Below are positions 62,840-64,000 of a stretch of 64,000 nt of DNA, in pieces. Source of the DNA: Azolla caroliniana (Eukaryota > Plantae > Polypodiophyta); the NCBI GenBank assembly GCA_043228905.1, contig JBHGNT010000017.1, positions 248,001 through 312,000 on the forward strand, read 5' to 3'. The translations under genes and the position numbers were made by a program. Numbering within the stretch: the stretch's first letter is position 1; each line of letters opens with the position of its first letter. Below the pieces are notes generated by a model. That model worked only from the letters and a program-made list of their open reading frames with translations, did no database searches and had not been told where the DNA came from.

Positions 62840-63115
62840 TGTAACGTGCCCATGGACCCACATCCACGTAGGACCCATGAGGCACAACATGTAAGGAACC
62901 ATAACTCCACATCATCACAAGAACCATGTAAGCCCCACACGACACATCATGTAAGGAGCCACAACTCCACATAATCACAAGTACACCTACCCTAACGGGA
63001 AGGAACTAATCCCAAGGTTAAGCAACTGAAAACCAAGGTTAGGTTGAGTACTTGTATGAAGCTTAAATAGTGTATTGGATGAATGGAAATGATCGGATTT
63101 TGGGGGTACATCACA
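62840..63115. mobile_element. Probable solo LTR (gypsy-like termini)
   Basis: TGTAACGTGCCC ... GGGTACATCACA imperfect inverted termini. Flanks atat/attt. Internal repeats catgtaagga.cca.aactccacat.atcacaag. Confidence 0.5.
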
Positions 63116-63477
63116 ATTTGCTGCATAGAAGCTATGATATTTTAGACAAAGGACTTCTTAGACGAATTTTGAATAGGATGAAGGTGCAATTATTAATTTG
63201 TGATAAGTTGTATTCTTGATTTCATTATTGTACCATTAATTAAATACTGAATTAGGTGGGTGATTCAAGTAATTATTACAAATGGTGACATATGCATAAA
63301 CATAAACTTAAGGTGGTGTTTGAGTCTCCAAAAGATGATTGCAAATATGATATTTTGTTACGCGCATGACTGTAATTTATATGTACTAAAGTTGTACCGT
63401 AGTATTCTACTCACGAGGATAAAGTGTGAGGGTTGTCTCAATTCCTAGGACTAAAAATAATCCTCCCTTCTTTACAC

Positions 63478-64000
63478 TATTGATACCATATGTTAGAGCT
63501 TAATCCTAATGTAAGCATGAAATAAGGAAATATAAAATAGGTAGATAGAGAAAGAGAGAGAAAGAAGGGTGCTAAAACACTTGACCACCCCCAAGTGAAG
63601 GGATTGAAACGGACTCAAGCCTTGATCAGCATCCCATACCATTGCCATGGCATCGAGTCGTACTTCGTACTAGTGTGCCCTCTACAAGAGTGTTCATCAC
63701 ACGATCACAATCTCGATGTAGTCAAATTGTCACGGATACATAGAGCAAAGTAGAACAAAGCTAGGCAAGAGGTAGGATATTGCGAGATAGAGCGAGATGC
63801 AAGAGATAGACAAAGTAGAATATAGGATTCCGCAATTGACGTTGTTATACATGTTTGTGGGCTCTACATGTAGTTCCATCCAGAGACCCATTTTCATGTA
63901 GAAGCTTCTTGAATTTTCCAACCTCTGGAGCTTTTTGGAAGCTTCTAAACAATCTTTAAACATGGAATAGATACTCTTCTAATAATCTACTAAGATATAC
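63478..64000 (-). mobile_element. Probable LTR retrotransposon PBS plus LTR running off the window end
   Basis: Decayed PBS complement (..attgatacca) at ~63478-63488, followed by TATGTTAGAGC and GA-rich LTR-like sequence. Confidence 0.45.

Overview
Intron-rich land-plant nuclear DNA. It looks fern-like by inference (PLS-PPR remnant style, TE-filled introns, TTTAGGG motifs). Four intact multi-exon genes were reconstructed by hand from splice sites and reading phase: a monofunctional homoserine dehydrogenase (+, 12 exons, ~387 aa), the RTEL1 Fe-S DNA helicase (-, 25 exons, ~1067 aa, one GC-AG intron), an RMR-type PA-TM-RING protein (-) and V-ATPase proteolipid subunit c (+, 165 aa). The first ~5 kb holds decayed gene fragments (CCT2/TCP-1 beta exons, PLS-PPR motifs) and a tRNA-like tandem array. 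Introns and intergenic DNA are packed with Ty1/copia elements, RTE/RTE-X-like and L1-like LINE remnants, a hAT-like MITE and solo-LTR-like pieces. The most unusual signals are: (i) two non-coding TGTC...CTTCACGACA elements with 4-bp ACGT-type target duplications, each inserted in a LINE 3' region; (ii) a ~1 kb copia derivative whose internal deletion junction is filled with telomere repeats; (iii) a very young copia with apparently identical LTRs, TG...TA termini and a broken integrase zinc finger; (iv) a 13-kb RTEL1 intron built from nested insertions; (v) many 110-250 bp tandem duplications, one with a hairpin-templated junction. I found no convincing evidence of a wholly new protein-coding system. 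All coordinates were read by eye, with no alignments or database searches.
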